Assembly: GCA_902589475.1 (NCBI GenBank)
Contig: CACITD010000007.1
Coordinates: forward strand, 1,981 to 65,980
Direction: 5' to 3'
Source: an uncultured Alphaproteobacteria bacterium
Lineage (GTDB): Bacteria; Pseudomonadota; Alphaproteobacteria; Thalassobaculales; Thalassobaculaceae
DNA length: 64,000 nucleotides
Numbering within the stretch: the stretch's first letter is position 1; every line of letters begins with the position of its first letter. The position numbers were made by a program, and so were the translations under genes. This document shows positions 62,009 through 64,000 of this stretch, in pieces. The notes below the pieces were generated by a model. It had not been told where the DNA came from, searched no databases, and was given only the letters and a program-made list of their open reading frames with translations.

Positions 62009-63182
62009 GCCAATTTTTCATGATGCCCTTGAAAACCAGGCTGTAAATGAAACTCATCCTACATGGATAGAGTTCGACGCAGAAGCGTTACGCCACAATC
62101 TAAGCATAGTCAGAAAATCTTTAACGCCGGGAACTCAAATAATTGCTTCAGTAAAGGCAAATGCATACGGTCACGGGATTATTCCAGTCTCGCAAGTTCT
62201 CGAACGGGAAGGTGTTGAAATGTTGGCGACAGGATCCTTTTCAGACGCTCAGGAAATACGTCGAGTAGGAGTTAAAACACCAATTTTGATGTTAGCCGGT
62301 ACTTTACCTGGAGGCATGAAAAATCTTATTCAAGAGGGATTTATCCCAACGGTTTACGATTTAATTGGGGCGCGTTCTGCAGCCGCAGCAGCAAAAGCTA
62401 TCAAAGATGATTACCAACATCCCATTTTTATTAAGGTTGACTGCGGTATGGGTAGACTTGGAATAAGTCTTCCGAACACCCTACGTTTTTTAGAAGAAAT
62501 AAAAAATATGCCCAATCTCTGGGTTCAGGGTCTCTATACACACCTGTCTTTCAAAGACGATATTAGTATGAAATTTACAAGAGAGAGGTTATCGCTTTTT
62601 TATGAAATGCTCAAAAATATCAAACAAAAAGGCCATGTAATCCCTATAACACAAGCGCTAGCAAGTTCAGCATTAATCATGGGCATGGATGATAAATGCA
62701 CAGCTATTTGCCCTGGCCATGTTTTATATGGTTTATCATCCATAACCGAGCCACCTGCCAGTATGAATGAATTCTTACCAGTCTTAACTTCTGTCAAAAG
62801 TCGCGTTATTCACGTTGCCGACCATAGGGATGGCCCGAGCCCCGGATCCGGCGCGTATCATAGGAATCGCACTTTATCGCGAACGGGTGTTGTGCCATTT
62901 GGCTTACATGATGGAAACGCATCTATTAAAGAAGGAAAACGACCCGTAGTCCTTTTTAAGGGTAAACGACGTCGGGTCTTGGGGGTATCTCTTGAGCATC
63001 TTGTGTTTGAAGTTGAGGATGGTACCGACTTAGAAATAGGTGACGAAACAACTCTAATTGGTGGAGAGGGACCTGAGAAAATTGAATTAGTTGAATTTGC
63101 GGCTTGGCAACAGAGCTCTCCCCTGGAAGCTCTTATGCTACTTAGTAACAGGCTGCCGATTAATTTCAAAAAGAAGATCTAG
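61971..63182 (+). CDS. alanine racemase family (fold-type III PLP) protein
   Basis: PLP-lysine motif SVKANAYGHG, a TIM-barrel N-domain and a C-terminal beta domain. The ATG at 61971 overlaps the VOC gene by 38 nt. An alternative GTG at 62001 would give an 8-nt overlap. Confidence 0.82.
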   Translation: MTQFWKSLSPVVEPIFHDALENQAVNETHPTWIEFDAEALRHNLSIVRKSLTPGTQIIASVKANAYGHGIIPVSQVLEREGVEMLATGSFSDAQEIRRVGVKTPILMLAGTLPGGMKNLIQEGFIPTVYDLIGARSAAAAAKAIKDDYQHPIFIKVDCGMGRLGISLPNTLRFLEEIKNMPNLWVQGLYTHLSFKDDISMKFTRERLSLFYEMLKNIKQKGHVIPITQALASSALIMGMDDKCTAICPGHVLYGLSSITEPPASMNEFLPVLTSVKSRVIHVADHRDGPSPGSGAYHRNRTLSRTGVVPFGLHDGNASIKEGKRPVVLFKGKRRRVLGVSLEHLVFEVEDGTDLEIGDETTLIGGEGPEKIELVEFAAWQQSSPLEALMLLSNRLPINFKKKI

Positions 63183-63206
63183 AGTTTTTGCGTATTGCAA
63201 CTTTGT

Positions 63207-64000
63207 TCAATCTTTTGAAAAGGTTTTTCCATAACCACCACCGCCGGGAGTCGCGAGTAAAATATAATCTCCTGGATTAACTACATGCTGTAATTTAGGA
63301 TCGATGGGGTCTCCGTTTAATTCCAATCGACCTCTAACCCCGTCTTCGCCACCGACAATTCCGCTTGCCGGAATTTTTGTTCTTTCGGCTAAGAAGGCGA
63401 AGACTCCTGGTTTCTTTCCAATATATTGAAATTCCACAGTTTGACCGTCACCACCTTTGAATGCACCATTACCGCCAGAGTTTGAGCGTAAGGAGCGCTG
63501 TTTGAATCTGACTGGGTAACGTTGTTCTATCTCCTCAATTGGCGTCGATGAAATATTAGAGGGCCAGCTTGTGCATGATAAGCCATCACCAGATGAAGAC
63601 GCCCCCATTCCACCATTAAAGAAAAATAGACCTGCTATTCTAGTGCCATCTACTTGGTATCCGTTAAGATTAACGCACCAGATTGGTGAACCCGATCCAG
63701 CAAGTATTTTCTCAGGAGCAATTTCTGATATAGCATGCATTATCAAAGCTGGGATGAAATGTCCTGTTAAAACCCGGCTTCCAACTGATGCTGGATGACT
63801 AGGATTAACAATACTTGATGGCGGTGCTAGCAACTTTAATGGTTTAAGCGCACCCTCATTATTCGGTAATTCAGGTGCGAGAGCAGACTTGATAGCGTAG
63901 CTGGTCATTGCTCGTGTATAGCAAAGGGGACAATTAACTGCTTTATTAACTTGACTAGAGGACCCCGAAAAATCTGCTTCCAACGTGTCTCCTGCAATTT
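63207..64000 (-). CDS. hydantoinase B / 5-oxoprolinase family protein, C-terminal part only (the frame stays open to the window end)
   Basis: C-terminal ...GGNGAFKGGDG...LATPGGGGYGK is typical of the HyuB family. No stop upstream of the ORF-track TTG at 63983, so the gene continues beyond 64000. Confidence 0.8.
   Translation of the reverse strand, partial: IAGDTLEADFSGSSSQVNKAVNCPLCYTRAMTSYAIKSALAPELPNNEGALKPLKLLAPPSSIVNPSHPASVGSRVLTGHFIPALIMHAISEIAPEKILAGSGSPIWCVNLNGYQVDGTRIAGLFFFNGGMGASSSGDGLSCTSWPSNISSTPIEEIEQRYPVRFKQRSLRSNSGGNGAFKGGDGQTVEFQYIGKKPGVFAFLAERTKIPASGIVGGEDGVRGRLELNGDPIDPKLQHVVNPGDYILLATPGGGGYGKTFSKD

Noticed and set aside
1-64000. A scan for CRISPR arrays, IS elements or transposases, integrases, prophage genes, rRNA or tRNA genes, and known defence or toxin-antitoxin modules.
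   Set aside because: None was seen. There are no spaced direct repeats, no transposase or integrase-like translations in the ORF track, and no tRNA-like cloverleafs in the intergenic regions I read. I cannot exclude small ncRNAs or ORFs under 60 aa in the larger intergenic gaps (12586-12817, 13508-13692, 19319-19531, 50182-50414, 51883-52104, 58904-59105).

Overview
The window is a dense, AT-rich, almost entirely protein-coding stretch of core chromosome. Gene content and gene order look alphaproteobacterial: carA-carB-greA, prfA-prmC-DUF4167-clpB, argJ-mutT, a PpiC-type isomerase divergent from secA, lysC divergent from ubiG, serC-serA, hisZ-purA and rpoH-rluD. This taxonomic call is an inference from remembered synteny, not a search result. 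I support about 57 CDS. I found no rRNA, tRNA, CRISPR array, transposase, integrase, or recognisable defence or toxin-antitoxin module. All calls come from reading motifs in the supplied translations and the DNA by eye; no HMM or BLAST was run. Several ORF-track starts were moved to internal ATG or TTG codons that have Shine-Dalgarno support. Two good sigma-32 (RpoH) heat-shock promoters are readable in the DNA, one upstream of clpB and one upstream of rpoH itself. The best candidate for something undescribed is a two-gene module between purA and rpoH: a 666-aa C-terminally tail-anchored protein whose N-terminal Hanks-kinase-like domain has degenerate catalytic motifs (a predicted pseudokinase), followed by a 174-aa protein with about 4 predicted TM segments. 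The second most interesting item is a glutamyl-tRNA-reductase-like gene, translationally coupled into an ispG-hemA-prfA-prmC operon in an apparently alphaproteobacterial genome, with a degenerate NADPH-binding glycine motif. Lower-priority items are an orphan acidic protein, an uncharacterised LLM/LLM/VOC/racemase/hydantoinase cluster with a stand-alone GAF protein, a candidate serC leader, and divergent genes whose start codons overlap. Most of the window is ordinary housekeeping sequence.
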